DNA from: Candidatus Hydrogenedentota bacterium
GTDB lineage: Bacteria > Hydrogenedentota > Hydrogenedentia > Hydrogenedentales > SLHB01
Direction: 5' to 3'
Assembly: GCA_963674865.2 (NCBI GenBank)
Contig: CAXXYE010000009.1
Span: 96,001-160,000, forward strand
DNA length: 64,000 nucleotides
In this document: piece by piece, positions 10,487 to 20,894 of the stretch
Layout: the number at the start of each line of letters is the position of its first letter
How positions within the stretch are numbered: the stretch's first letter is position 1
Translations under genes and position numbers: made by a program
Notes under the pieces: model-generated
The model's database searches: none
Told to the model about the DNA's origin: nothing
Seen by the model: the letters and a program-made list of their open reading frames with translations, nothing else

Positions 10487-12520
10487 GTGACGCGAGTGGT
10501 GCGATTACTGGCGCGAGTGGCTATTGGACTGGGCGTAACGCTCTTGGCCCTGTTCGCGCTGGTGGAGATCCTGGCGCGCGTCACGTGGCGGCTATCGGAT
10601 GCGGGGCAGCCCACACCCACGACCCAGGCCGGCGTCCCCGCCGTTGATCGCCATCCCACCCAGCCGAAGCGCCTGCATTCCGTGCGCGAATTGGCGCCGG
10701 AGGAGCGGGGCCGATTCCAGGAGGCGCCGATGCTTCGCGCCGAGGTCGAGGCCGGCGAGCTGCCGCCTGTCGCCGAGCGACTGCCCGAAAATCCCCTGGT
10801 GCTCGTGCCGTGCGATCAGTGCGGCCCCTACGGCGGCACATGGCGGCGGTACGCGACGGGCCCATCCGATATCGGCATCACGCCCTCGCGGCTCATCTAC
10901 GACGGCCTCGTCCGCTTCGGGCCGATGGGCAAGGAAGTGCTGCCCAACCTGGCCTCGCATTGGGACATCTCCGATGGCGGGCGGACATTCACGTTCCAGC
11001 TGCGCCGCGGTGTGCGATGGAGCGACGGCGTGCCGTTCACGGCCGATGACGTCGTCTTCTGGTACGAAGATATCTTCCTCGATACTGAGTTGACGCCGAC
11101 GATTGCGCGGCAGTTCCAGCGGGGCGGTGAAACGATGATCATCGAGAAGGTCGAGGATTATGCATTCCGCATCCGCTTCAAGGAGCCTTACGGGCTCTTC
11201 CTCAAGATTCTGGCGGCGGGCTTGAGCGATCCCTTGATCTCGTGTCCTGCCCATTACCTCAAGGCCTTCCATCCGAAGTACGCCCCCATCGAGAAGCTCG
11301 AGGCGATGGCGCGCGAGCGCGGCTTCGACTTCTGGTATCAGCTCTTCTATGACATCCACTCTTGGGAGAATCCCGAGCATCCCCGCCTCTGGGCCTGGAC
11401 GACCACCGCGCCGCCGCCCGCCCGGCCCGTCGTATGGACGCGCAATCCATACTATTGGAAGGTCGATCCCGAGGGGAACCAACTCCCGTACATTAATCGC
11501 ATCACCTACGAGATCTACGACGTTGAAACCATCAACCTGAAGTTTCTTAACGGGGAAGTCGGCATGCAGGGACGCCACCTGGACTTCGCCAACTACCCGC
11601 TCTTCATGGAGAACCAGGAACGAGGCAAATACCGCGTACTCCACTGGATCGACGGCGGCGACGGCAGCAACGCACTGGCCTTGAACCTGAACCACAAAGA
11701 TCCCGTCATGCGGGAGATCTTCCAGGATCGCCGTTTCCGAATCGCCCTTTCCCATGCCATCAACCGCGATGAACTGAACGAAGCCTGTTACTTTGGCATG
11801 GGGAAGCCGCGGCAGATGTGCCCGCCGGCGGCGTCCCCCTATTACTTCCCGGACTACGAGAAGGCTTACCTCACTTACGACGTGGACAAGGCCAACCGAT
11901 TGCTTGATGAAATGGGGCTCGAACGCCGGGATGCGCGCGGCTTCCGGCTCCGGCCGGACGGACGCCCGCTGCGCATCTTCATCGACGTGTCATCGGCCAT
12001 GGTATATCCGCGCCTCATTCAGCTCGTGGCGGAATACTGGAGCGCCGTCGGCGTGAACACGGAAATGAAATTGCTTGCGCGACAGCTAACCAGCGCCCGC
12101 CGCAACGCCCTCCTGCAAGACGCAACCGTGTGGTCGGGCGCGGGCGAATACCTCCCCGTGTTGGATCCCCGGTGGTTCTTCCCGCACAACGTCGGCTCCT
12201 TTCACGCCATTGGCTTCATGCGTTGGTACGTTTCGGGCGGCAAGAAAGGGGAGAAGCCGCTGCCCGACATGATGCGTTGTATCGAGCTATTTGATCGCAT
12301 CGAGGCCACGACCGACGACGAGGCGCATATCAGCCTCTTCAAAGACATTATGCGAATAAACCAGGAGAATCTGTGGGTGATCGGATTGATCGGGGAAATG
12401 CCCGCAGTCTTCGTCGTTAAAGACAACTTCCGCAACGTTCCGGAAGTCGCCGTCGCAAGTTGGGTATTCCGCACCCCAGGAAGCACGGCGCCCGAATCGT
12501 ACGCCATCGAGGAGGAATAA
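10487..12520 (+). CDS. ABC transporter substrate-binding protein, family 5 (peptide/oligosaccharide)
   Basis: ELPPVAERLPENP, LRRGVRWSDGVPFTADDV, RNPYYWKVD; heads a 5-gene ABC operon. Confidence 0.92.
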   Translation: MTRVVRLLARVAIGLGVTLLALFALVEILARVTWRLSDAGQPTPTTQAGVPAVDRHPTQPKRLHSVRELAPEERGRFQEAPMLRAEVEAGELPPVAERLPENPLVLVPCDQCGPYGGTWRRYATGPSDIGITPSRLIYDGLVRFGPMGKEVLPNLASHWDISDGGRTFTFQLRRGVRWSDGVPFTADDVVFWYEDIFLDTELTPTIARQFQRGGETMIIEKVEDYAFRIRFKEPYGLFLKILAAGLSDPLISCPAHYLKAFHPKYAPIEKLEAMARERGFDFWYQLFYDIHSWENPEHPRLWAWTTTAPPPARPVVWTRNPYYWKVDPEGNQLPYINRITYEIYDVETINLKFLNGEVGMQGRHLDFANYPLFMENQERGKYRVLHWIDGGDGSNALALNLNHKDPVMREIFQDRRFRIALSHAINRDELNEACYFGMGKPRQMCPPAASPYYFPDYEKAYLTYDVDKANRLLDEMGLERRDARGFRLRPDGRPLRIFIDVSSAMVYPRLIQLVAEYWSAVGVNTEMKLLARQLTSARRNALLQDATVWSGAGEYLPVLDPRWFFPHNVGSFHAIGFMRWYVSGGKKGEKPLPDMMRCIELFDRIEATTDDEAHISLFKDIMRINQENLWVIGLIGEMPAVFVVKDNFRNVPEVAVASWVFRTPGSTAPESYAIEEE

Positions 12521-12523
12521 CCT

Positions 12524-13519
12524 TTGCTCGTGCTCGTCGCCCGCCGCGTGCTCTGGATGATCCCGACGCTATTGGTGGTTTCTTTCCTCTCCTTCTCCAT
12601 CATCCAGTTGCCGCCGGGGGACTACCTCACATCGTATATCGCCGCCCTCGAAGCAACGGGCGAGACGGTGAACGAGGAACAGGTGGCCGCCCTGCGCGCC
12701 CGCTATCACCTTGACGCCCCTTTCCACGAGCAGTACTTCCAATGGCTGGGCGGCCTTTTCCACGGGGATCTCGGCATGTCCTTCGAGTGGAATAAGCCCG
12801 TGACGGGACTTATCGGAGAACGGATTTTCCTCACCGTGATCATCTCCATTATGACGCTGGCCTTCACCTGGGCGCTGGCGATCCCTATCGGCATTGTGTC
12901 CGCGGTGCGCCAGTATTCGATATGGGATTACATGTTCACGTTCCTCGGCTTTATCGGACTGGCCACGCCGGGATTTCTCCTTGCTCTGATCTTGATGTTT
13001 GTGGGATATCGCGTGTTCGGCGTCAGTACGGGGGGGCTCTTCTCCCCGGCGTATCAATCGGCCCCGTGGTCGCTGGGCAAAGTCTGCGATCTTTTGGCTC
13101 ATCTGTGGATACCCGTGATCGTCATCGGCCTATCCGGCACGGCCGGACTGATACGCGTGATGCGCGGGAACCTCCTCGACGAACTTCGGAAGCTCTACGT
13201 CGTAACGGCCCGCGCGAAGGGCGTATCGCCCATCAAGCTCATTCTGAAATACCCGGTGCGTGTCGCCGTGAATCCGATCATAAGCACCGTGGGCTGGCTG
13301 CTGCCCTCCATCGTATCGGGCTCTGTCATCGTGGCCGTCGTCCTCGGCCTGCCGACAACCGGCCCCCTCCTGCTACGGGCCTTGATGAATCAGGACATGT
13401 ACCTCGCGGGCAGCATGGTAATGATCCTCAGTACATTGACGGTGGTAGGGACGCTTATCTCGGATATTTTGCTGCTGTGGCTTGATCCGCGAATACGCTA
13501 CGAGGCGCGGAGTCGCTGA
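12524..13519 (+). CDS. ABC transporter permease (DppB/OppB-like)
   Basis: GDLGMS, TARAKG EAA loop, multiple TM helices. Confidence 0.93.
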   Translation: MLVLVARRVLWMIPTLLVVSFLSFSIIQLPPGDYLTSYIAALEATGETVNEEQVAALRARYHLDAPFHEQYFQWLGGLFHGDLGMSFEWNKPVTGLIGERIFLTVIISIMTLAFTWALAIPIGIVSAVRQYSIWDYMFTFLGFIGLATPGFLLALILMFVGYRVFGVSTGGLFSPAYQSAPWSLGKVCDLLAHLWIPVIVIGLSGTAGLIRVMRGNLLDELRKLYVVTARAKGVSPIKLILKYPVRVAVNPIISTVGWLLPSIVSGSVIVAVVLGLPTTGPLLLRALMNQDMYLAGSMVMILSTLTVVGTLISDILLLWLDPRIRYEARSR

Positions 13520-13520
13520 C

Positions 13521-14651
13521 ATGGACAAAGGCCAATCACAGACTTCACACAGCGCCGACGCGGCCGCCCCGCAGCAGCTCTACGTGGCCTCACAATGGCA
13601 ATTGATGTGGCTCCAGTTCCGGAAGCACCGCCTGGCATGCCTGTCGGCCTGCCTCATTCTCACGCTCTATTTCATCGCTGTCTTCTGCGAATTCCTCGCG
13701 CCGTATCCGCTCGCGCACCGCGACATCCACCTGGCCTACGCGCCGCCGCAACGCCTCCACTTCATTGGAGAGGACGGTGTTCACCTGCGGCCCTTCGTCT
13801 ACGGCCTTTCCGCAACACGCGATCCGGAGACAATGCGCGTGCATTTCGCGGAAGACCGCTCCGCCCGCTATCCGATCCGGCTCTTCGCCCAAGGCCCATC
13901 CTACCGGCTTTGGGGACTATTCGAGACGAACAGGCATCTGCTGGGCGTGGACGAGGGCGGCTCGCTCTATCTGCTGGGAACGGATAGCCTCGGAAGGGAC
14001 CTTTTCTCCCGCATTCTCTACGGGGCGCGCATTTCACTGACGGTGGGCCTCATCGGCGTCACTTTGAGCTTCGTTTTCGGCCTCATCGTGGGCGCAGTCT
14101 CCGGCTATTACGGAGGATGGGTCGATCACCTGATCCAGCGAGGCATCGAAATCCTGCGCTCGTTCCCGTCGATCCCGCTCTGGATGGCGCTCTCCGCCGC
14201 CCTGCCCGCGACGTGGTCGCCGCTGCAGGTGTATATGGGCATCACCGTCGTGCTCTCCTTCATCGGCTGGACGGGCCTCGCCCGACAAGTGCGAGGCAAG
14301 ATCCTCGCGCTGCGGGAGGAAGACTTCGTTACCGCCGCCGCGCTGACGGGAGCAAGTGAATGGCGCATCATGATCCGGCACCTCCTGCCGTCCATCATGA
14401 GCCATATCGTCGTAGCACTGACCTTGGCCCTGCCGGGAATGATCCTCGGCGAGACAGCCCTCAGCTTCCTTGGCCTGGGACTCCGGCCGCCCATGACGAG
14501 TTGGGGCGTCTTGCTCAAGGAGGCGCAAAACGTGCAGGCCATCGCCCACTACCCGTGGCTGTTGACCCCGGCTTTGTTTGTCATACTGGCCGTGTTGGCC
14601 TTCAATTTCACCGGGGACGGTTTGCGTGATGCCGCCGACCCCTATGCGTAG
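13521..14651 (+). CDS. ABC transporter permease (DppC/OppC-like)
   Basis: LGTDSLGRDLFSR, ETALSFLGLG, GDGLRDAADP; start ATG 13521. Confidence 0.93.
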   Translation: MDKGQSQTSHSADAAAPQQLYVASQWQLMWLQFRKHRLACLSACLILTLYFIAVFCEFLAPYPLAHRDIHLAYAPPQRLHFIGEDGVHLRPFVYGLSATRDPETMRVHFAEDRSARYPIRLFAQGPSYRLWGLFETNRHLLGVDEGGSLYLLGTDSLGRDLFSRILYGARISLTVGLIGVTLSFVFGLIVGAVSGYYGGWVDHLIQRGIEILRSFPSIPLWMALSAALPATWSPLQVYMGITVVLSFIGWTGLARQVRGKILALREEDFVTAAALTGASEWRIMIRHLLPSIMSHIVVALTLALPGMILGETALSFLGLGLRPPMTSWGVLLKEAQNVQAIAHYPWLLTPALFVILAVLAFNFTGDGLRDAADPYA

Positions 14652-14672
14652 CCAGGCCGAAGGAGAAATACC

Positions 14673-15692
14673 GTGCCGGACTCGGTAGTAACCATCCGCG
14701 ACTTGCGGACGCACTTCTTCATGGACGAAGGCGTCGTGCATGCCGTCGATGGCCTGGATCTCGATATCCCTCGCGGCGAGACGATTGGCCTGGTGGGCGA
14801 GAGCGGGTGCGGCAAGAGCGTGACGGCCTTCACGATCCTCCGCCTCATCACACCCCCCGGCCGGATTGTCTCCGGCAAGATTGTGCTCCACCGGGAGGGC
14901 CGCGATCTCGCATTGAGCGATCTCGAAGAAGACGGCAAGGAGATTCGCCGCGTCCGGGGCAAAGAGATCGCCATGGTGTTCCAAGAGCCCATGAGTTCCC
15001 TGAGCCCGGTGCACACGATAGGCTCTCAGGTAGTCGAAGCCATTACACTCCATTCCGCTCTCCGGGGAAAGGAGGCCAAGGCGCACGCCGTGGAAATGCT
15101 GGCCCGCGTAGGCATCCCCGACGCCCTCCGGCGCTTCCGGCAGTATCCCCACGAGATGAGCGGCGGCATGCGGCAGCGCGTCATGATCGCCATCGCCCTG
15201 GCCTGCCGCCCGGCCCTGCTCATCGCCGATGAGCCTACGACCTCGCTGGACGTTACCATTCAGGCACAGATTCTCGACTTGATGCGCGAGCTTCAGGCGG
15301 AGTTGGGAATGGCCATCATGCTGATCACCCACGACCTGGGTGTGGTTGCGGAGATGGCAAAGCAAGTGGCGGTGATGTATCTTGGCCGCGTCGTCGAGCA
15401 GAGCGATATCTCCTGTGTCTTCGCCGAGCCTTCCCATCCGTACACGCGGGCTCTGCTTCGCTCGATCCCCGGCTTCGAGAAGGCGCGGAAATCCCTGCTC
15501 CACACCATCAAAGGCTCCGTGCCCGATCCCTTCCAACGCCCCGCGGGTTGCCCCTTTCACCCACGCTGCGAGGAGGCCGTGCCGGGGAAATGCGACAAGG
15601 GCGGCCCGCCGCCGCTCCTGGAGACACAGCCCGGACACAAGGTTGCCTGCTGGCTTCGACATAGACAGGGCGCCAAGGACATGAAGCCATGA
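14673..15692 (+). CDS. ABC transporter ATP-binding protein (DppD/OppD-like)
   Basis: [30 protein letters not shown] tail. Confidence 0.95.
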   Translation: MPDSVVTIRDLRTHFFMDEGVVHAVDGLDLDIPRGETIGLVGESGCGKSVTAFTILRLITPPGRIVSGKIVLHREGRDLALSDLEEDGKEIRRVRGKEIAMVFQEPMSSLSPVHTIGSQVVEAITLHSALRGKEAKAHAVEMLARVGIPDALRRFRQYPHEMSGGMRQRVMIAIALACRPALLIADEPTTSLDVTIQAQILDLMRELQAELGMAIMLITHDLGVVAEMAKQVAVMYLGRVVEQSDISCVFAEPSHPYTRALLRSIPGFEKARKSLLHTIKGSVPDPFQRPAGCPFHPRCEEAVPGKCDKGGPPPLLETQPGHKVACWLRHRQGAKDMKP

Positions 15693-16708
15693 ACAGCCCT
15701 GAGCCCATCCTCCGCGTGCGGGATCTCAAGAAGTATTTCCCGATCAAGAAGGGCGTTATGGGCCGTGTCGTCGGCCATATCCGAGCTGTCGACGGCGTCA
15801 GCTTCGATATCCACGAGGGGGAGTGTCTAGGCCTCGTGGGCGAGAGCGGCTCCGGGAAAACCACCGTCGGCAAGACGATTCTGCGCGCGCTAAGTCCAAC
15901 CGCAGGTAGTGTCCTGCTCCGAACGGATGGAGAAGATCTCGATGTGGCCCGCGCGACGCGACGCCAACTCGACGTAGTCCGCCGCAACGCCCAGATGATC
16001 TTTCAGGATCCGTACTCTTCGCTCAATCCACGGATGACGGTGTTCGACACCGTCGCCGAGCCGCTTCTGGTGCACGGCATGCGCAGTCGCCGCGCGCGCG
16101 AGGCCCGCGTCCGCGAGTTGCTGCGCCAAGTGGGCCTCAAAGAGGATCACCTTCGGCGGTATCCGCACGCCTTCAGCGGCGGCCAGCGGCAGCGGATCGG
16201 CATCGCCCGCGCCCTGGCGCTGCATCCGAAGCTGATCGTCGCCGATGAACCGGTGTCCGCACTGGATGTCTCCGTTCAGGCGCAGGTACTCAACCTGCTC
16301 CAGGAACTTCAGCGGGAGTACCATCTCACCTACCTCTTCGTCTCCCACGACCTCGGCGTCGTGCGCCACGTGTCCGACCGCGTGGCCGTGATGTACGTAG
16401 GGCGCCTGGTGGAGGTGGCCGACGTGGATGCGTTGTTCTCGCGGCCGAGACATCCGTACACGGAGGCGCTGCTTGCCGCGATACCATCGGCCGCACCGGA
16501 GCCGGGCCGGACGCGCGTGCGGCTTGCCGGCGAGGTGGCCGACCCGAGCAATCCACCGCCCGGCTGCCCCTTCCACCCCCGCTGCCCCTATGCTGAGCCT
16601 ATCTGCAAGCAACAGGCTCCGGAACTCGAGGCCGTCGCGGAAGGGCACCTGACACGGTGCCATCTCGCAAGGGAGTTATCGCTGAAGGGGGCCATACCGG
16701 AGGGCTGA
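15689..16708 (+). CDS. ABC transporter ATP-binding protein (DppF/OppF-like)
   Basis: [33 protein letters not shown]. Confidence 0.95.
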   Translation: MNSPEPILRVRDLKKYFPIKKGVMGRVVGHIRAVDGVSFDIHEGECLGLVGESGSGKTTVGKTILRALSPTAGSVLLRTDGEDLDVARATRRQLDVVRRNAQMIFQDPYSSLNPRMTVFDTVAEPLLVHGMRSRRAREARVRELLRQVGLKEDHLRRYPHAFSGGQRQRIGIARALALHPKLIVADEPVSALDVSVQAQVLNLLQELQREYHLTYLFVSHDLGVVRHVSDRVAVMYVGRLVEVADVDALFSRPRHPYTEALLAAIPSAAPEPGRTRVRLAGEVADPSNPPPGCPFHPRCPYAEPICKQQAPELEAVAEGHLTRCHLARELSLKGAIPEG

Positions 16709-16726
16709 CCCTCGTCAGGAGCGCCG

Positions 16727-17755
16727 ATGAAGTCACGCAATGAAGCCGTAAGAGGAAAAGGCCGCCACATCGGAGCCTCTCGCTTCGCCTCGTGGTGCGT
16801 CAGAGCGCTTGCGCTTATCCTGGCGCCGGCCATCATGGGTTGCCCGGCCGATTCCAGCTTCCCCGTTCAGGCGTTCAAACACAACGACATCATCAGGACA
16901 TACCGCGTCTACGTGCCGGAAGACTACGATCCGCAACAGCGCTACGCCCTGGTTGTCATGCTGCATGGGGCCGGCGGCACCGGCCTAACGACGGCGGAAG
17001 CAACCGAATTCAACAAACTTGCCGAAAGGGAAGGCTTCATCGTGGCCTATCCCGACGGCATCGCCCGCCAGTGGAACGACGGCCGCGCCTACGCCATCTC
17101 GGAGCAGTTGCTTGGCATCATTGACGATGTAGGATTCATCGTCGCGTTGGCCGAGCACCTGCAGGCAACCTACGCAATCGACGCGGCAAGAACCTATGCC
17201 GCCGGCTTTTCCAACGGAGCCATGATGGCCGAACGGCTGGCTTGCGAAGCATCCGATCACTTCGCGGCGGTGGCAGCGGTGAGCGGGTCGCTATCCGTGG
17301 CCTATGCCGATGCAGCCCCACCCGGCGCCCCCCTGCCTATAATGCTTATCCACGGCACCGATGATAGCGTCATTCCCTACGAAGGCGGCTACGTCATAGG
17401 AAGTACCTTCATGGGCGTTGTGATACCGGTTGAGGACGCCGTCAGAGTCTGGGTGGCGCGCGACGCGTGCCTCGCCTCGCCCACCGTCACTTGGGATCCC
17501 TTCGGCGACAGTGATGACGGGACACGCGTGTGGCGCGAGGAGTACCACGGAGCCCTGGAAGATGGCGAGGTCATCTTCTACGGCATCGAAGGCGGAGGCC
17601 ATATCTGGCCGGGCACGCTCGAGGAGGACAGCCAAGGCCGCACACTCGGCGACAGGCTATTGATTGATAGCGACGGGCAGACGCTCGCGACGAAGAGCTA
17701 CGACCTCATCGCGACGGAAGTGATCTGGGACTTCTTCGCCGCCCACGGAAAGTGA
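16727..17755 (+). CDS. PHB-depolymerase/LpqC-type esterase, probable lipoprotein
   Basis: LHGAGG, DDVGF, GFSNG nucleophile elbow, HGTDD, GGHIWPG; IMGC lipobox-like. Confidence 0.85.
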   Translation: MKSRNEAVRGKGRHIGASRFASWCVRALALILAPAIMGCPADSSFPVQAFKHNDIIRTYRVYVPEDYDPQQRYALVVMLHGAGGTGLTTAEATEFNKLAEREGFIVAYPDGIARQWNDGRAYAISEQLLGIIDDVGFIVALAEHLQATYAIDAARTYAAGFSNGAMMAERLACEASDHFAAVAAVSGSLSVAYADAAPPGAPLPIMLIHGTDDSVIPYEGGYVIGSTFMGVVIPVEDAVRVWVARDACLASPTVTWDPFGDSDDGTRVWREEYHGALEDGEVIFYGIEGGGHIWPGTLEEDSQGRTLGDRLLIDSDGQTLATKSYDLIATEVIWDFFAAHGK

Positions 17756-17781
17756 GCGTCTCGCGGCGGCAGCCGGGCCGC

Positions 17782-19440
17782 TCAGAACTCCGTCCGCGCG
17801 GCCAGCAGCGGATCGTCGGCGTCAAAGAGCGTGGCGAAGGAGTCGTCCTTGCCGGTGTCCTCGCGATAATGGGCGCCCCGGGAGCGGCGGTTGCGCCACG
17901 CCGACAGCGTGACGATTCGGGCGGCTTGCGCCATATTCCGAAGGCCAATGAGGTCGTCGTTGAGGCACGTTGTCCGGTAAAAGTCCTCGATAACTTCCCA
18001 AAGATGGCTCAGGTCCTTCAGCGCACGCGCCAGACGGTGAGGATTGCGCGCAAGCCCGACGTAGTACCACATCGTGTTTTGGATAGTCCGCCGATCATGG
18101 TGAAGCAGAACGGGATCGGGAAGCTCCTTCCCCTCGACGGCCTCCCAGGCAGGAATGTCATCCTTCGACGCGCTGGGCCAATCCTTTCGCGCGGTAATGT
18201 GCCTGGCCGCCCGATCGCCCCACACGAGGCCCTCGAGAAGCGACGTGCTTGCGAGCCGGTTCGCGCCATGCACTCCGGTGCAACTCGTCTCGCCGGCGGC
18301 ATAAAGGCCGTCCACCGTCGTCCGGCCCCATTCGTCGACTTGGACGCCCCCGCAAAGGTAATGAGCCGCGGGGACGACGGGAATGGGCTCCGACGTCATA
18401 TCGATACCTGCCTCAAGGCACGTGGCGTATATCGTTGGGAAGCGCTCGCGTATGCGCTCCGCCGGCATGTGGCTGGCCAAATCCAGGAAGACGTTGGGAT
18501 AGCCGTGCGTCACCATCTCCTGATGAATCGCCCGGGCCACTTCGTCTCGCGGCGCGAGATCGCCCCAACGGGCGCTGTGCTGATCCATGAAATGGCGTCC
18601 GTCGGGCGTGTAGAGCCGCGCCCCCTCGCCCCGCACCGCCTCCGAAATAAGGAAATTGTCCGCCCCCGGGACAGCCAGCGTCGTGGGATGAAACTGCACG
18701 TACTCCGAATGGATGATTCGGGCACCGGCCCGGTACGCCAAAGCCAAACCGTCGCCCCGCGCGCCTTGCGGATTCGTCGTGTAGCGGTAGATACGGCCCA
18801 GGCCGCCCGTGGCCAAGAGCGTGGCAGGCGCAAGAATACGGTGAACCTTGCCCTCCTCGCAGTCAAGCGCGTAGGCGCCCATGCAGCTATTGGGGGCGTA
18901 CTTGGCCAAGGGATCCCGGTTATGGTGCGACGATGTAATCAGATCGACCGCGGTAACATTCGTGCGGAGGGTGACGTTCGGGAACTCACGCAGCTTCGCG
19001 ATCAGCGCCGTCTCGATAGCCCCTCCCGTAGCATCCTCCACGTGTAGAATGCGCCGCGTCGAGTGCCGCCCCTCGCGTGTGAGCGACAAGGAGCCATCCG
19101 CATCGCGATCGAAAGGCACACCGGCCTCTTCGATGAGCACGCGCTCCACAAGATCCGGCCCTTCTTCGGCAATGAGTCGCGTCGCCGCCGGAAGACTCAG
19201 GCCCGCCCCGGCCGCAAGGATGTCCTCGGCGAGAAGTTCCGTCGAGTCCTGTATGCCGCGCCCGACAATGCCTCCCTGCGCATAGCGCGTGTTGCTCTCA
19301 TCCGGACTGGCCGCCCGCGTGATAACCAGAATCTGCCGCGCCGAATCCTTGGCCAGCCTGAGCGCCGCCGAGGCGCCGGCAATGCCGCTGCCGATGATCA
19401 ACACATCGGTTTCTATGCACATAGGATGACTTTCTAGCAA
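17782..19440 (-). CDS. nadB: L-aspartate oxidase
   Basis: IGSGIAG, YAQGGI, REGRHSTRRILH, QFHPT, HGANRLASTSLLEG, SRGAHYR. Confidence 0.95.
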   Translation of the reverse strand: MLESHPMCIETDVLIIGSGIAGASAALRLAKDSARQILVITRAASPDESNTRYAQGGIVGRGIQDSTELLAEDILAAGAGLSLPAATRLIAEEGPDLVERVLIEEAGVPFDRDADGSLSLTREGRHSTRRILHVEDATGGAIETALIAKLREFPNVTLRTNVTAVDLITSSHHNRDPLAKYAPNSCMGAYALDCEEGKVHRILAPATLLATGGLGRIYRYTTNPQGARGDGLALAYRAGARIIHSEYVQFHPTTLAVPGADNFLISEAVRGEGARLYTPDGRHFMDQHSARWGDLAPRDEVARAIHQEMVTHGYPNVFLDLASHMPAERIRERFPTIYATCLEAGIDMTSEPIPVVPAAHYLCGGVQVDEWGRTTVDGLYAAGETSCTGVHGANRLASTSLLEGLVWGDRAARHITARKDWPSASKDDIPAWEAVEGKELPDPVLLHHDRRTIQNTMWYYVGLARNPHRLARALKDLSHLWEVIEDFYRTTCLNDDLIGLRNMAQAARIVTLSAWRNRRSRGAHYREDTGKDDSFATLFDADDPLLAARTEF

Positions 19441-19620
19441 CGGCGGGGCGTCAAGAAGCCCCGCTAACCGGACTCACAATGCCTGTCCTGATAACACGAT
19501 CACACCGCCTTCGCCAAAGCGGCTACTCTTATATCATGCGCATCCGGGGAGGGCAAGTGGCCATAATCAAGGGACAGAAACACTTGGAGATGCTCAAAGC
19601 GACTATCTCCGCACCGCTGT

Positions 19621-19682
19621 GAGAGAAGGGGACATGTTCCAAGCGGCGTCCTCGCCGCGACTACGTGTACCCTTCTGCTCTC
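19621..19682. repeat. Imperfect intergenic palindrome (REP-like hairpin)
   Basis: Arms GAGAGAAGGGGACATGT / ACGTGTACCCTTCTGCTCTC with inner GCGGCG/CGCCGC stem. Confidence 0.6.
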
Positions 19683-19843
19683 GGATTGCCGTAATACCCG
19701 CTCCCGACAACGGTACTATTTCACGGTGCTGAAGGACGACGCCTCTGTGCGGTATCAGGGCCGGCTTCGACGCCATCCGACGAAATACGCGTGCCCTTGG
19801 GGAAGGAGTGACGCGTCAGCAGCGGCGAAGGGAGGTGGATTGG

Positions 19844-19969
19844 ATGAAACGCACGAAGGAAATCACAAAGAAGCGCCTGTTCATCAAAGAACTCGAGCTT
19901 CCCGCCATGGCGAAGGGGGGCGACGTGACCACCCTGGCCATCGGCGAGGAGTGCTGGAAGGGCGCGTGA
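19844..19969 (+). CDS. Graspetide (plesiocin-type, TTxxxxEE) RiPP precursor peptide, 41 aa
   Basis: Hand-translated MKRTKEITKKRLFIKELELPAMAKGGDVTTLAIGEECWKGA*; GGAGGT RBS at 19831-19836; LFIxxL leader, KGG, TTLAIGEE core; ends 16 bp before the ATP-grasp gene. Confidence 0.9.
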   Translation: MKRTKEITKKRLFIKELELPAMAKGGDVTTLAIGEECWKGA

Positions 19970-19985
19970 CGGAGCGCCGGGTCGA

Positions 19986-20894
19986 ATGCCCATCCTCATC
20001 ATCGGGGGAGCCGGCGATCCGCAAGCACGCCGCGTAGCAGGCGCGTTGCGCGCACGAGGCGAGCGCGTCGTCCGGTTCGACGCGGGCGCCTTTCCGGATC
20101 GAACAGTTCTGTCCTTTGGTGACGGCGTGCTGCGCATTGCCCGGCGCACGCTCCCCACGCCCCGGGCGGCATACATTCGCGCTTTGGCAACCCACCCGCT
20201 GCTGCCCGGCTTCCGAGAGGATCTCAAGTCCCGCCCCTTTGGCCTCATCGCCCAGTGCTGTGAGAAGCGCGCCATGCTCGAGTCCATTCTCCTCGCCCTC
20301 GAGCGGAGCGGCTGCCGCCTCGTCAATGGCCTTGAGGCCAACGCCCAGCACAGCAGGAAGCCATACCAGTTGGAACTGCTGCACGCGGCGGGCCTGGCCG
20401 TGCCTCGATGGCTCGCCACGAACGACCCCGCCGCCGTCCGCCGATTTGTTCGGGAGGTAGGTAGCGCCGTCTACAAACCACTCGCAGGCGGAGCCACCGT
20501 TCAGCCCATCGTGCCGGAAGACTTGGCCGGTGATCGGCTCGAAGCCTTGGCGCTCGCCCCCGTCCTCTTCCAGGAACGCATCGAGGGCATACCTGTTCGC
20601 GCCTACGTGGTGGGCCGGCGCGTCGTGGCCACTGCCGAAATCCACTCCCCCGAGTTGGACTACCGCCGCCGTGAGGTGGTCGTCGTCGCCACGCGACTCC
20701 GGCCCGACGAACGCCGCGTCGTACTCGCCGCCGCCAAGGCCTGCGGCATGGTGTTCACGGGCGTGGACTTCATTCGCTCAACCAATGGGCCGATCCTGCT
20801 AGAGTGCAACCCATCCCCGATGTTCGCCGCCTTCGAGCGCAAGACGGGCCTCGACGTCGCCGGGCCGCTCGCCGACTACCTTACCTCACTCTGA
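19986..20894 (+). CDS. ATP-grasp ligase, graspetide macrocyclase (PsnB-like, RimK fold)
   Basis: KPYQL, VYKPLAGG, FQERIEG, LDYR, GVDF, LECNPSPMF motifs; adjacent TTxxxxEE precursor. Confidence 0.88.
   Translation: MPILIIGGAGDPQARRVAGALRARGERVVRFDAGAFPDRTVLSFGDGVLRIARRTLPTPRAAYIRALATHPLLPGFREDLKSRPFGLIAQCCEKRAMLESILLALERSGCRLVNGLEANAQHSRKPYQLELLHAAGLAVPRWLATNDPAAVRRFVREVGSAVYKPLAGGATVQPIVPEDLAGDRLEALALAPVLFQERIEGIPVRAYVVGRRVVATAEIHSPELDYRRREVVVVATRLRPDERRVVLAAAKACGMVFTGVDFIRSTNGPILLECNPSPMFAAFERKTGLDVAGPLADYLTSL

Noticed and set aside
14034..15662. 542-aa minus-strand ORF
   Set aside because: Antisense shadow of the ABC permease and ATPase genes, typical of high-GC DNA
17752..19047. 431-aa plus-strand ORF
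   Set aside because: Antisense shadow of nadB
19726..20037. 103-aa plus-strand ORF overlapping the precursor region
   Set aside because: No recognisable motif and it overlaps the ATP-grasp start; the 41-aa frame has the RBS and the graspetide motifs
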